The notes under the pieces are model-generated. The model was not told where the DNA came from. It did no database searches and worked only from the letters and a program-made list of their open reading frames with translations. The translations under genes and the position numbers were made by a program. Of a stretch of DNA of 64,000 bases, positions 46,917 to 58,147 are shown piece after piece (within the stretch, counting starts at the first letter, position 1; every line of letters starts with the position of its first letter). Source of the stretch: Podarcis pityusensis (Eukaryota); NCBI GenBank assembly GCA_964106645.2, contig OZ067043.1; one strand, 5' to 3'.

Positions 46917-47146
46917 CAGTGGAACCTCGGGTTGCAAACATGATCCGTGCGGAAGGCACGTTCGCAACCCGCAGCGTTCGCAACCCACAGCGCTGCGTCT
47001 GCGCACACGCGTGACGCGATTTAGTGTTTCTGCGCATGCGTGAGCGCCAAAACCTGGAAGTAACCCATTCCGGTACTTCCTGGTTCAGCGCGGTCCATAA
47101 CCCGAAAACACGCAACCCGCAGCGTTCACAACCCGAGGTATGACTG
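46917..47146. mobile_element. Tigger-like MITE, GCGCATGCGC-type
   Basis: TA TSD; gcaaccc repeats; family ends. Confidence 0.87.
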
Positions 47147-48187
47147 TACTGTACTCTCAGTGTTGGGCTACAAACCCACAGCCGCTGTTGGAGCTGCTCC
47201 CTGTTGATGGGTTGTTGCAGAGAGAAAAACAGCAGGAATATAATCCAAAGGTTGTCCTATGGATGTGGCTGCTGGGTTCTGTTAATTGATTTTGTGGATT
47301 CTGACTGTTTAAACAGGCCTGCACATTTGCTGGAAGACTGGGCTGTAAATACCCGCAATAAACAGCAACAACTTGTGCTTTAATTTCTCGGCCGCTGTTG
47401 GGCGAGGGCGGTTTGGTATGGAAAGAGTTTCCTTGAGGTGCAGGCTTGTGAGACAGGCCAGTTTACTTGAGTTGTCCTGTGTCCCCATTGTGGACAGGGC
47501 TGGGGTGGGGCGAAGTTTCATTTGATGGATGTCCCATTTCCTCTTCTGGGTGAGGAGGGCAAGGGACTGGCCGGGGAGGCTGCAGATGCTCATAAAAAAA
47601 TTGATTTGAGCAGCCCAACTTATTTTGGAATTGAGCAATGGATGCTCGCTCATTCCTGTGAGGGAGCAGGGGCCTTTTTTTTGCCACAGGACTAACTTTT
47701 GAATTCCTTTCGCCTTTTTTTTTTTTTTAAGTAACATTACAATAGAGATTCATGTAGGTCAGAGCTTCCTCCTGTGGTTGGAGGTGGTTTATGAGTGATA
47801 TCCGCTGCACCACACCCTGTTTGATCAGATAAGGGATGCTGTATGATGGTATCTCTTCAAGAAAACAAACTCAAGTCTCACGTGGCATTCATTTAAACAG
47901 TAATGATTTGCAAAGTAGCTTTTAAGAAGCATGACATGAAGCTACACATTTTTGTAAGCAAAGATGCAGGCAATTAATTAAAAGATTTCTGCACAACTTT
48001 TCAGTGTGAGTTGTCCAATTGGCACCTTTTACAATAATGGATTTTTTTAAAAAAATACTTTTTATTTTTTAAAAAACAAGTTCTCTATACGGTAGACATC
48101 TCATTTCCTTCAACTGATTGCTTGTATAATCTCTCCCTTTCTACAGGAGTTATGCCGCTGCCTAATGTGAAATATCTCATAGTGTAT

Positions 48188-48243
48188 ACACTACACTACA
48201 CTACACTACACTACACTACACTACACTACACTACACTACACTA
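48188..48243. repeat. (CTACA)n microsatellite
   Basis: About 11 perfect units. Other microsatellites: (AAAC)n ~38320-38360, (TG)n ~38807-38839, (CA)n ~48487-48510, (GA)n ~58114-58146. Confidence 0.95.
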
Positions 48244-49680
48244 TCATCGTAGTAAACCTAGGAAAAAGTTCACTTTGCACTCTTGATTCTCCCTTTGCAG
48301 GCAAAATTCAACACTTTCTCACTTTGGTGACTTTTTCTGTTGCCATGCAGAACCCCTCTTTCTGCTGGAAGTTTCCTTATGCAGTCCCACAAATTGAAAT
48401 CCTGTGACAAGTTTGAATTGCATGACTTCTTGTGTGACATGAATGTTTACAGTTGCATACAATGCAGAAATTTGCCCAGTGTACATACACACACACACAC
48501 ACACACACACTCCCCATCTCAGGAAAGGCTACACCTGTTGAATGCCTGCCTATTCTTCATTTTGATACAGAGCCTGTGCCAGGAGAAAAGTGATGACTCA
48601 AAATTCAAAGCTTGTTTCTGCGGCATGTTTTGCTTTGGCCTGCGATGAGGGAGGCATCATCGCCTAAGGAAATTGTTAAGAGCTAGTAAAAGTTCTAAAA
48701 AGTGTTTTGATGTCTGAACTTAGTACAGTTAAGGCTTGAAAGCCTTGATAAAAGCACCCATGTCAGTGTTCGAGAGAGATAAGGCAAGCTATTGTAATCA
48801 AACAAAGCTCGGGTGCTGAGACCATTTATTTACAAATCTTTGCTGGTAAGAGATCAGCTTGTCCATCTTACTCTGAAGGTCCCCTCCTCCTTTTTCTTTT
48901 TAATCTTCACATGGAGTTTGTTTTGAAGCTTTTTCTGGCAAGAAAATGCAGTGTGGCAGCGTTCAAAGTCTTCAGCCTCATTTCCTGCAGGGCTGACCCA
49001 AGGAGGTGGGTGAGGTCACGCAATTTGGTGGACTCCCAAAGTCATCCCAGTGGAGCTGCCTTTCCTACTTGTCGTGGAACACCCTGGAAATTTGGGTGCA
49101 GTCTGGGATAAATTGTGATTTGCATGCTCCCACCTCTTCCAAGAGGCCTGCAGATCATGTCATGACTGAGAAACCCCCAAATTAGTTACTTAACAAATCT
49201 GATTTCTTGAAATGGCACGTGGCCAGCAGGGGGAACATCATGGGAGGTCTGTTTCCAGATTTACTGCCCCTTGTGATTGGAAGCCTTGCAAGTTGCTCCA
49301 GGAAAGGGACCATGAGCAACATCAGGGGAGGGGAGCTCTTGGGACCAAGGTGAAACCATAAATTATTTTTAGTTTTTTGTTATTTTTGTTATTGGATGCT
49401 GGGTGTTGTTTGTGTAGTTTATGTAATCTTGTTATACTGTACTTAACAGTTCTGAAATGTTTCTTTGTATGTTATAATATTTGCTACTGTGATTTGCTAT
49501 GTCATTAGTAAATTCTTTTTGCAGTTGGTTTTCAGATGTATTGTTGTAAGCCGCTTTGAGCGTTTGGGGGGGGGGGTGTAGAAAAGCAACATAAAAAAAA
49601 ATGAATGAATGAATGAATGTCCACTAGCTTGGGGTTAACCTCCGCCGCCCCTTTGGATTTTTTTGAACATGAGCAAAATA

Positions 49681-49936
49681 CAGTGGACACTCGGGTTGCA
49701 AACATGATCCGTGCGGGATGCACGTTCGCAACCCGCAACATCTGCAACTCACAGCGGCACACCTGTGCATGTTTGGGTTGCAATTTGGCGTGTCTGCGTA
49801 TGCGCAAAGCGCGATTTAGTGCTGCGCATGCGTGACTGCCAAAACCCAGAAGCAACCCATTCCGGTACTTCCGGGTTTTGCGGTCCGCAACCCGAAAAAA
49901 TGCAACCTGAAGCGTCTGTAACCCAAGGTATGACTC
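49681..49936. mobile_element. Tigger-like MITE, GCGCATGCGC-type
   Basis: TA TSD; same architecture as 46917-47146. Confidence 0.87.
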
Positions 49937-50413
49937 TATATGCGTGTTGGATCTAGCTCCACATATTTTTTGAAGTTTTTCACCTTTGTCTAAATGGGCT
50001 ACCTTGGAAGGTGGTGGAGTCTCCGTCATTGGAGCTTTTTAGGCAGAGGCCGGGTGGCCATCTGTCATGGATGCATTGCAGGGCGTTGGACCAGATGCCC
50101 TGCGGGGTCCTTTCCAACTCTACAATGCTGAGTTCATGAGCCCTAGAACTGTCAGCAAGCTTCATGGCTCAGTGGGGATTTGAAAGATAGGCCCAAGCTT
50201 CAGTTGATTATTTTTAATACCATTCTTCCATCTCAAACAATTATGATGTTGGCTCGAGAGCGTCTTTAACATAAGTCTGTCAGTCACTAGAGTTTCCAGA
50301 TTGCAGCCAAAATATTGCAGCCTGCCTGCAACTGCGTACCTGATACAGCCTGTCCTTCTCTCCCTGGTCCCCTTCCCTATCTTCTTTTTCTGGCCCTCTG
50401 GAGCAAGCAGGAC

Positions 50414-50567
50414 TCTCCTTCTGCCCTGCAGCGGGTCAGAGTGGGTGATGGGATGGGGAAAAGAGCAAGGTGGAAGAATCCATGTCTGCATCTCCTTCTG
50501 CCCTGCAGCGGGTCAGAGTGGGTGATGGGATGGGGAAAAGAGCAAGGTGGAAGAATCCATGTCTGCA
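50414..50567. repeat. Perfect 77-bp tandem duplication
   Basis: 50414-50490 is identical to 50491-50567. Confidence 0.95.
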
Positions 50568-51200
50568 TCTCTTTCATGCCTGTGAGGCAATTTGAACAAT
50601 CAGAAGAGCAATTGAGAGCATGCCCCAGCAGCCCAATCCGTCCCAAGAATTTGCTTGAAACTGTTTTTAATATTGTGCATTTAAATTACTATAACATGAC
50701 CTGGGACCCTATTGTGATGGGTGGGTATTATTATTAGTATTTAGTAAAGCTAGTCATAAAAGTTGCCAAAGGCTATTCTCTAAAAGGCTGTTTTGAGATG
50801 TGAAACACAGCAGCACGTGCACGTTTCAACTTCCTCTTTGACAGAAAAGGAAGCTGATTTGGTATTTTGAAAAACAGATTGAGTAAACGGCCGTCAAATG
50901 ATGGAATGACTGCATTTATATACCTCCTTCCTGCCATGGTACCTATGGCCGTTTACAGTTTTTACAACAAATGGTCCAAAATGGACCAACAGAGTTCTCT
51001 GAGCTGATAGTTGTGTCCGGAACTGATGGTATGTGCTCTCTGGCCTAGGCTTCCTCACTTCTGCTTTTCTTCAGGCCACACAGGTATATTTTAGGCTGCC
51101 CCAACAGTTCTCAGACGCATTTAATGGTATGCGCTCCCTGGCTTGCACTTCCTCACCGGCCCTGTTACTGCTTCGCTGAAACCAAGTCCACCCGAAAGTA

Positions 51201-51473
51201 AAAAGGTAAAGGGACCCCTGACCATTAGGTCCAGTCGCGGCCGACTCTGGGGTTGTGGCGCTCATTTTGCTTTATTGGCTGAGGGAGCCGGCGTACAGCT
51301 TCTGGGTCATGTAGCCAGCATGACTAAGCCACTTCTGGCAAACCAGAGCAGCGCACGGAAACGCCGTTTACCTTCCCGCCGGAGCGGTACCTATTTATCT
51401 ACTTGCACTTTGATGTGCTTTCGAACTGCTAGGTTGGCAGGAGCAGGGACCGAGCAACGGGAGCTCACCCCGT
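51201..51473 (-). mobile_element. 5'-truncated Sauria SINE
   Basis: Lacks the tRNA head; TSD cgaaagta (51193-51200, 51474-51481). Confidence 0.92.
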
Positions 51474-51986
51474 CGAAAGTACATAAGTTCTAAACCACTG
51501 AATGTTACAGAATGCTGGTGTGCTGATAATCCATCAGTGATATTGTTGCACACGTGGTGACCATTTTGCACATTTCCTGGCCCACTCATGTGTTGGCGGA
51601 GCACGCAAAAGCCCTGTCCCGTTCTGCCCTGCCCCCTTTCTGTCCCCTGTTCTGCCCCTGTTCTGCCCTCTTCCGGCTCCGAAAGGACTTGGGTGTTGGC
51701 GGTCACACATCAATTGGATGTGCGCAGAATGGTCACTGCCTGCACTCTCCTCGCTTTCCTGGTTGGTTCCAGACGTAGTAGCAATGGAAACGTGCTGTGT
51801 CTTCGATATTCCTTTAGTTATAAGTATAACATAAATGGACGCAGAGACATAGCTTCAAGTTGCAGAACTGCTAACCCATATCAAATCCACGGGGAGAAAT
51901 ATTGCAGTCTCTTGCCACCAGCCTGCCCATTGTGTACTAACAGCAACGCTGCAATTTCTCGCACGCAATTCTTAAGCACTCAACTT

Positions 51987-52490
51987 AAAAAAAAAAAGTT
52001 TTTATTTATACTCACCAGGCTTATACATTTCACTAGTTTTACAATCATTTTCACATTTCAAAGTTTGACTTCCTTCCCCCCTTTCGGCAGTTCCTTAAAT
52101 TAATTTTTAAAAATACCTTCTGCATATGCAAATTCATTTAATCTGCTCATTTAATTATCTACTTTAAATATATACTCTTATGAAACTGCAGGTTTTTAAG
52201 TAATCCTGCCAACATTTTTATCCGTTTGCAATTTGTCTGTAAATATTCAATAAACCATTTCCATTTTATGAAAAGTTTGTTATGTTGATTTCTTAATTCT
52301 TCCGATAAGTTTTGCACATTTCTGCATATTTCATAAGTTTTTGTATCTGTTCTTCCTTTGCTGGGTCTTCTGCTTCTTTCCATTTTGGAGCGAGTAACCT
52401 TCTTACCGCTGTAGTCGCATAAAAATGAATAAACCAGAAACTTTTCATTTGGGAATTATAGGGACAGAACTACCAGAATTGTATAGAAAT
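51987..52490 (-). mobile_element. 5'-inverted L1 insertion
   Basis: Minus-strand L1 3' end to ~52425, then a plus-strand upstream L1 segment at 52426-52490; TSD ttaagc(a/g)ctca(a/g)ctt. Confidence 0.78.
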
Positions 52491-53238
52491 TTAAGCGCTC
52501 AGCTTGTGCCCATCCCTGCCAGTTCAGGGGACCATCCACAGCCATCAGAAGAACATTAACATTATTTTGTCAAATCACCGACTTCAGGCACTTTCAAACA
52601 AAACCATTGTGATAAATCCATTAACGGCAACCTCATAACAAAGCACAATCAGTCTCTGTTAATAGAGTGATCCTGCAGGGATATTTTTGAAGTCCCAAAT
52701 AAATCACTCCAAAGGTGGCCTGAAGTTGTATATTCAATACTTGGCTTGCACGTATATTGATGTAACTCCAATTTCATAGTCTCCGCTGTTGGAAAACTCT
52801 GCAGGAAGCCGGTCATATTTGGAAAGAGGCTGCTTAATTGCCCCCCTTTCCCCAAGAATAATACCCATTAAATCAAATAAGAAATGAGTAGGTGAACATA
52901 AATCGTCATGTAAACCTAATTAATTTGTAAGACCTGCATATTATCCTCCTTTGATATATCAGTATGCAGTGCTTTTCCCCCTTGAACATAGAGCTTCTCA
53001 ACTTTGATGATAAAGTATTTTGTTTTCCTGATAAAAGATGGATTATGTACTACAAACCTCATAAAAATGAATCTAAATTAAGCTCTTAAAAACAACACCT
53101 TAATATTTAGATAGAGGTTCCAAATAGATCCTCAGCTCCAAATGACTGATCTCCCTGATAGTAGACAGCTAGGTACTTGTATTTTTGGAAGCATAGAAAT
53201 CATCAGTATTCTTGGGATACTTGCTAAAAAGAAAATTA

Positions 53239-53497
53239 CCGTATTTTTCGCTCTATAAGACGCACCAGACCACAAGACACACCTAGTTTTTGGAGGAGGA
53301 AAACAAGGAAAAAAATATTCTGAATCTCAGAAGCCAGAACAGCAAGAGGGATCGCTGCACAGTTAAAGCAGCAATCCCTCTTGCTGTTCTGGCTTCTGTG
53401 ATAGCTAGACAGCCTGCATTCGCTCCATAAGACGCACACACGTTTCCCCTTACTTTTTAGGAGGGAAAAAGTGAGTCTTATAGAGCAAAAAATACGG
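53239..53497. mobile_element. Tc2/pogo-like MITE with central hairpin
   Basis: TA TSD; TIR CCGTATTTTTCGCTCTATAAGAC. Confidence 0.88.
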
Positions 53498-53728
53498 TAG
53501 TTGTTTTTATTAGACATTACCAAGTCTTCTCTAACACAAATGAATCAAAATCTCCTTAGTAGGACCACTGTTATATAGGTACATATGAAATATTATCACT
53601 GAGTTGTTTCACAACAGCAGCTTTGTCTAAAATGTTGATGGGACCAATTCTAAGGACTGTGAATGAACTAGAACAGGGTGATATTGACACAATTTATCCA
53701 GAAAGAAACAGTTGGCTTTACAATAGAT

Positions 53729-53865
53729 CAGGGTTTTCCAGACTTGAGTCGCCAGCTGGTTTTGGACTACAATTCCCATAAACCCTGACCACTGGTCCTG
53801 CTAGCTAGGGATTATGGGAGTTGTAGTTGTCAAATCAGATGGGGACCCAAGTTTGGGAAACCCTG
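53729..53865. mobile_element. Palindromic hAT MITE
   Basis: TSD caatagat (53721-53728, 53866-53873). Confidence 0.88.
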
Positions 53866-54349
53866 CAATAGATTATCTCTGCATGCCTGCATACATGAAG
53901 ATTGCACATGCATGGGCTCTATGCATAGTCAGGATTCGACATCAGCATTTGAAGCTGTTAATGGAGTCGGTTTGGTGTTAACCATGTTTAAAGTTGTTCC
54001 CAACACAATCATTAACCGTGGATAAGGCTGACACAGGCAACTCTAGGACCTACATCAAATGCCTTAAATGTGTTTCTGTACCAATGCACCCTTGCTATTT
54101 CCGTCTTGATCTTCCTCCTTTCTTCCTGCCCTGATTTTCTTTGTGCATTTGGCTAACTTGGTAACTTGTTCTTATGTCACACTGGGGTTTTGAAGATTCA
54201 GCCCAAATAAATGTGGCCTGGAGGGGGAGATGCAGTATCCATCAACCATTTCCCCCATCCAATTCCCATTCAAGTTTTTTCATGTGATACCATAATTGTG
54301 AGGGATGGTGTAAGGAAATTAAAATCTTTCCGCAAGCTGTGAAACCCAT

Positions 54350-54480
54350 CTGGGTTGGTAGAGCATGAGATTCTCAATCTCACAGTCGTGGGTTCAAGCC
54401 TCATGTCGGGCAAAATATTCCTGCATTTCAGGGGGTTGGACTAGATGACCCTTATGGCCCCTTCCAACTCTACGCTTCCA
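54350..54480 (+). mobile_element. tRNA-derived SINE with a CR1-like tail (Squam3-like)
   Basis: ggtagagcatgagattctcaatctc..gggttcaagcc head plus gggggttggactagatgacc..ttccaactct tail. Related tails at ~10043-10125, ~12430-12522 and ~49992-50130. Confidence 0.72.
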
Positions 54481-55941
54481 TGAAACCAGTCCTGTGCCCA
54501 CACTGAGCACTACAAACCTCATTTTGCTTGGGTCTGGGGAGGCTTGAACCAGTTGCATTCTTGACATAATGGAAAGCAAACTTGGGAAACCCAGCTTGAA
54601 ACCAAACAAATGAGAAACTAGCGGCTTAAAAAAGGATGGAGATGTAACTATTATCTTTCATTAAGAAACCTGAAACTAAAATGAGCAGACCACTGAAAAA
54701 TAATCTGCTTTGGGGAATTAAACTCTGGTCTTAGAGCAGGACAGTGATCTACCAGCAACCCACACTTTAAAATACATTTTAAAGATTTTCCATACAAAGT
54801 GGAACATCTTTGCCCCATTCCCTTTCATATTACAATTGGAAGTAATGTTTTGTTCCAGGCTTCTTTTGAAATATTGATTTATTAGTTGTGTGGACCATGG
54901 TGAATCTATTTACTTGTTTTCTCTTCCACCATAGGCCTCAACTCTGAGAGCTTGACCTGCTCTCGCAGATTAAATTCAAATTATGCAAACTGCTGCGTCG
55001 TGGGTTGTAACCCAATTAACAGGACACATTGAGCACATGATCGTTAGTTTAAATGAAAGTTGTCAAACAGCCCGGTGCTCAAGATTAACGGGTCTACTTT
55101 CCAAATGCCTTTTGGAAGCCAAGAATTAGGACATCTCCATCTCCCCCCGGGTTTTGTACAGCATTGTCTTTCAGCCTGCCCTTCGCTTGGCTCTTTGTGT
55201 TGCTGGGACCGAAGCGAAATTAAGTCTCACTTTAGATTATAAGCTCCTCTGGGTAGGAACCTGTAAAGGACAGTTTAATTAAAAGTGCTGATATTAACAC
55301 AACTGTGTAAAAAGCCACATTGCAAAGATTTCCTTTGCTATCTATTAAAATACTAATTTTTAGAAGCTGGAGTACCATTGAGGGCATGCAGTTGTGTCTA
55401 AACTAAGGATCACAAGTACACATTGGCAGGTGAAGTTTCTGAATTTCTAAACACTTGAAAAAATACCAGCAAATGTTGACGGTCACCTGTATGAGGTTTT
55501 TTGTCATTTGTCAGCATATGTCTGACAACAGAGGTGTAGTGGATGCTGTGCAATAGGCAGTGAGGGTCCATATATAACATGCAGAACTAGGGCTGGGTGA
55601 TATCAGCTTTTCAACGTTGTGATGTATCACCAGTGCATAGCGATACACTGCAGTGTTGGAAAGGAAGGAGCACCAACCGTGTAAGGTGCCGGGGCGAAAC
55701 CGCCGCAGTTCCCTCCAGCGTGTGGTGCATGGAGGGAGGAGCAAGGAGCATCAGCCCCGGCTCTGCGAGGTGCTGGGGTGACACTGCTGCCACTCCCACT
55801 GCCACCAGCGCCCGTCGCAGGGAGGAAGGAGGCAGCTGGAGAAGGAAGGTTAGGCGCTGGGCAGCAGGCAAGCACCACCCATGATATACCACAGGGTGAA
55901 GGCACCATTGTGCTCTGGCCCTCAAACAGGTCTGGATGATG

Positions 55942-55947
55942 ATAATA

Positions 55948-55991
<44 letters not shown>

Positions 55992-56583
55992 TATTTATTT
56001 CTACCCCGCCCATCTGGCTGAGTTTCCCCAGCCACTCTGGGCGGCTTCCAATCAAGTGTTAAAAACAATACAGCATCAAATATTAAAAACTTCCCTAATT
56101 AGGGCTGCCTTCAGATGTCTTTTAAAAAGAAGATAGCTGCTTATTTCCTTCACATCTGAAGGGAGGGCGTTCCACAGGGTGGGCGCCACTACCGAGAAGG
56201 CCCTCTGTCTGGTTCCCTGTAACCTCACTTCTCACAATGAGGGAACTGCCAGAAGGCCCTCGGCGCTGGATCTCAGTGTCCGGGCTGAACGATGGGGGTG
56301 GAGACGCTCCTTCAGGTATACAGGACCGAGGCTGTTTAGGGCTTTAAAGGTCAGCACCAACACTTTGAATTGTGCTCGGAAACGTGCTGGGAGCCATTGC
56401 AGATCTCTCGGGACCGGTGTTATGTGGTCCCTGCGGCCAGTCCCAGTCACCAGTCTAGCTGCCGCATTCTGGATTTATTGCAGTTTCCGGGTCACCTTCA
56501 AAGGTAGCCCCACGTAGAGCGCATTGCAGTAGTCCAAGCAGTAGATAACTAGATCATGCATCACTCTGGTGAGGCAGTCCGCA
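55942..56583 (-). mobile_element. Young 5'-truncated L2 LINE inserted in a probable hAT-like element starting tagggctgggtgatat at ~55588
   Basis: LDYCNALYVGLPLKVTRKLQ..RRDHITPV..LQWLP..FKVLVLTFKAL; long (TTA)n tail; TSD ggatgatg. Confidence 0.9.
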
Positions 56584-58113
56584 GGATGATGTATCAAGGC
56601 ATTGGCCAGGCCTATGCACAACCAATGATTAGACCACGCCCCCCAATGGACGATATACTTGTAATATATGTCAATGAAGAATGCTTTTATGTGTTTCTTC
56701 ATTGAAGTATGTTGCAGGTACATTCATACTTTTGTGGGTAAGTTGGTTGTGCATGGTGAACACTGACATTTCGGAAAAATGCCCTCATATTGTGAACATC
56801 TTCCTCGTTCCAGGACCTTCAGGGCAAGGTATCTACCGATTTAAAGGCCATATATTGCCGCTTGCGCGTATGAATGCGTGCAGCTCACATATAACAAGCA
56901 AAATTGATGCTTTGCCATATTTTGCTGCTCCTCTCTAGCATGCAAATGGTATGGTGAGCGCTGCATCTGAATTGCAAATGTTCCTTTTATGTTAATATAA
57001 ATTTATATTTAAATCCCAGATCAAGGTAGGTGTCCACCCCATTATACATCCCCGAATCCTATTAGCATTAATGGGAATTATGCAAGCATGCTGGGCTCGA
57101 CAACACAGCTGTTTGAGACGGACAAGGAGTTCCTTCCCTCTAGCTGTTCCATTTATGTATGATTCCCGTGACAAGACAAATCAGTGGTGATTCCACGCAT
57201 AGGGTGGCTGTGTGCCAATTCATTAGCATGTTAATAATCCTTTCGAAATTGTCTCATGCTGTATTTTTCAGATTAACTTGTGTCTGTTCCGTTTTCACCT
57301 TTTCACGAGTGAGAGGTTGCTGGATTTATGCTACCTCCGCGTTCTGGGAGCTGTCGGCTCCCTCAAGCTTCGGTGCAGCAACACATTAAAGTCCTGGCCT
57401 TCCCTGATAAAGCGCTGCTAGTCTTGAGCCCCATCACACGTTAAGGTTGACTCCTTTTCTGTGTCATATCGCAGTCCCTAAGAGCAATCAAAAGATCCAG
57501 CCTATCATGTCCATAAATGCAGTGCATGCAGCAGTTAAGAGGCTGTTGTTGTGGTCCAAGATGTTCGCTGTTCAAACGTTGCCATTGGAAAAAGCCCCCT
57601 TTTCTCTCAGCCGGAATATGGATTTAGAGCTTTTTCATGCAATGGCATGGTTGAAGGTATCTTTCGGAATTTGCGTACACTCTGGTTTCCAAAGTTGGGA
57701 ATCTTCAGCTTTGACCTTCTGCTGTTTCCTTTGGCTCCTAAGGGTTTGTTGGTATTAATATTTTATTGAAAAGTTTTCAATTTTAAATAAATGAAGGGAT
57801 ACAAAGAAAAATGAAAGAAAAGAAAAATGAAAAGGCACAAAAATGTGTAGAGAAAGAAATAATATATGGACATGTGCGAAATAATACCCTAACCCATACA
57901 TTCTTTTCTAAAGTTGCAATTTTTATCTGAATACATATGTAACTATTAATAGCCTATTATACATTTTGTATAAACTCATTCCAAATATTGTCATATTTAT
58001 CCAAGCAAAGTCTAAGTTGGTAAGCAGTCTGTTCATAAGCTGTGAGTGATCATATTGCCAATTTATTAAACAGGATCATATCTTAGGAGATCCTAATGGC
58101 ATTTTTTTTTCAC

Positions 58114-58147
<34 letters not shown>

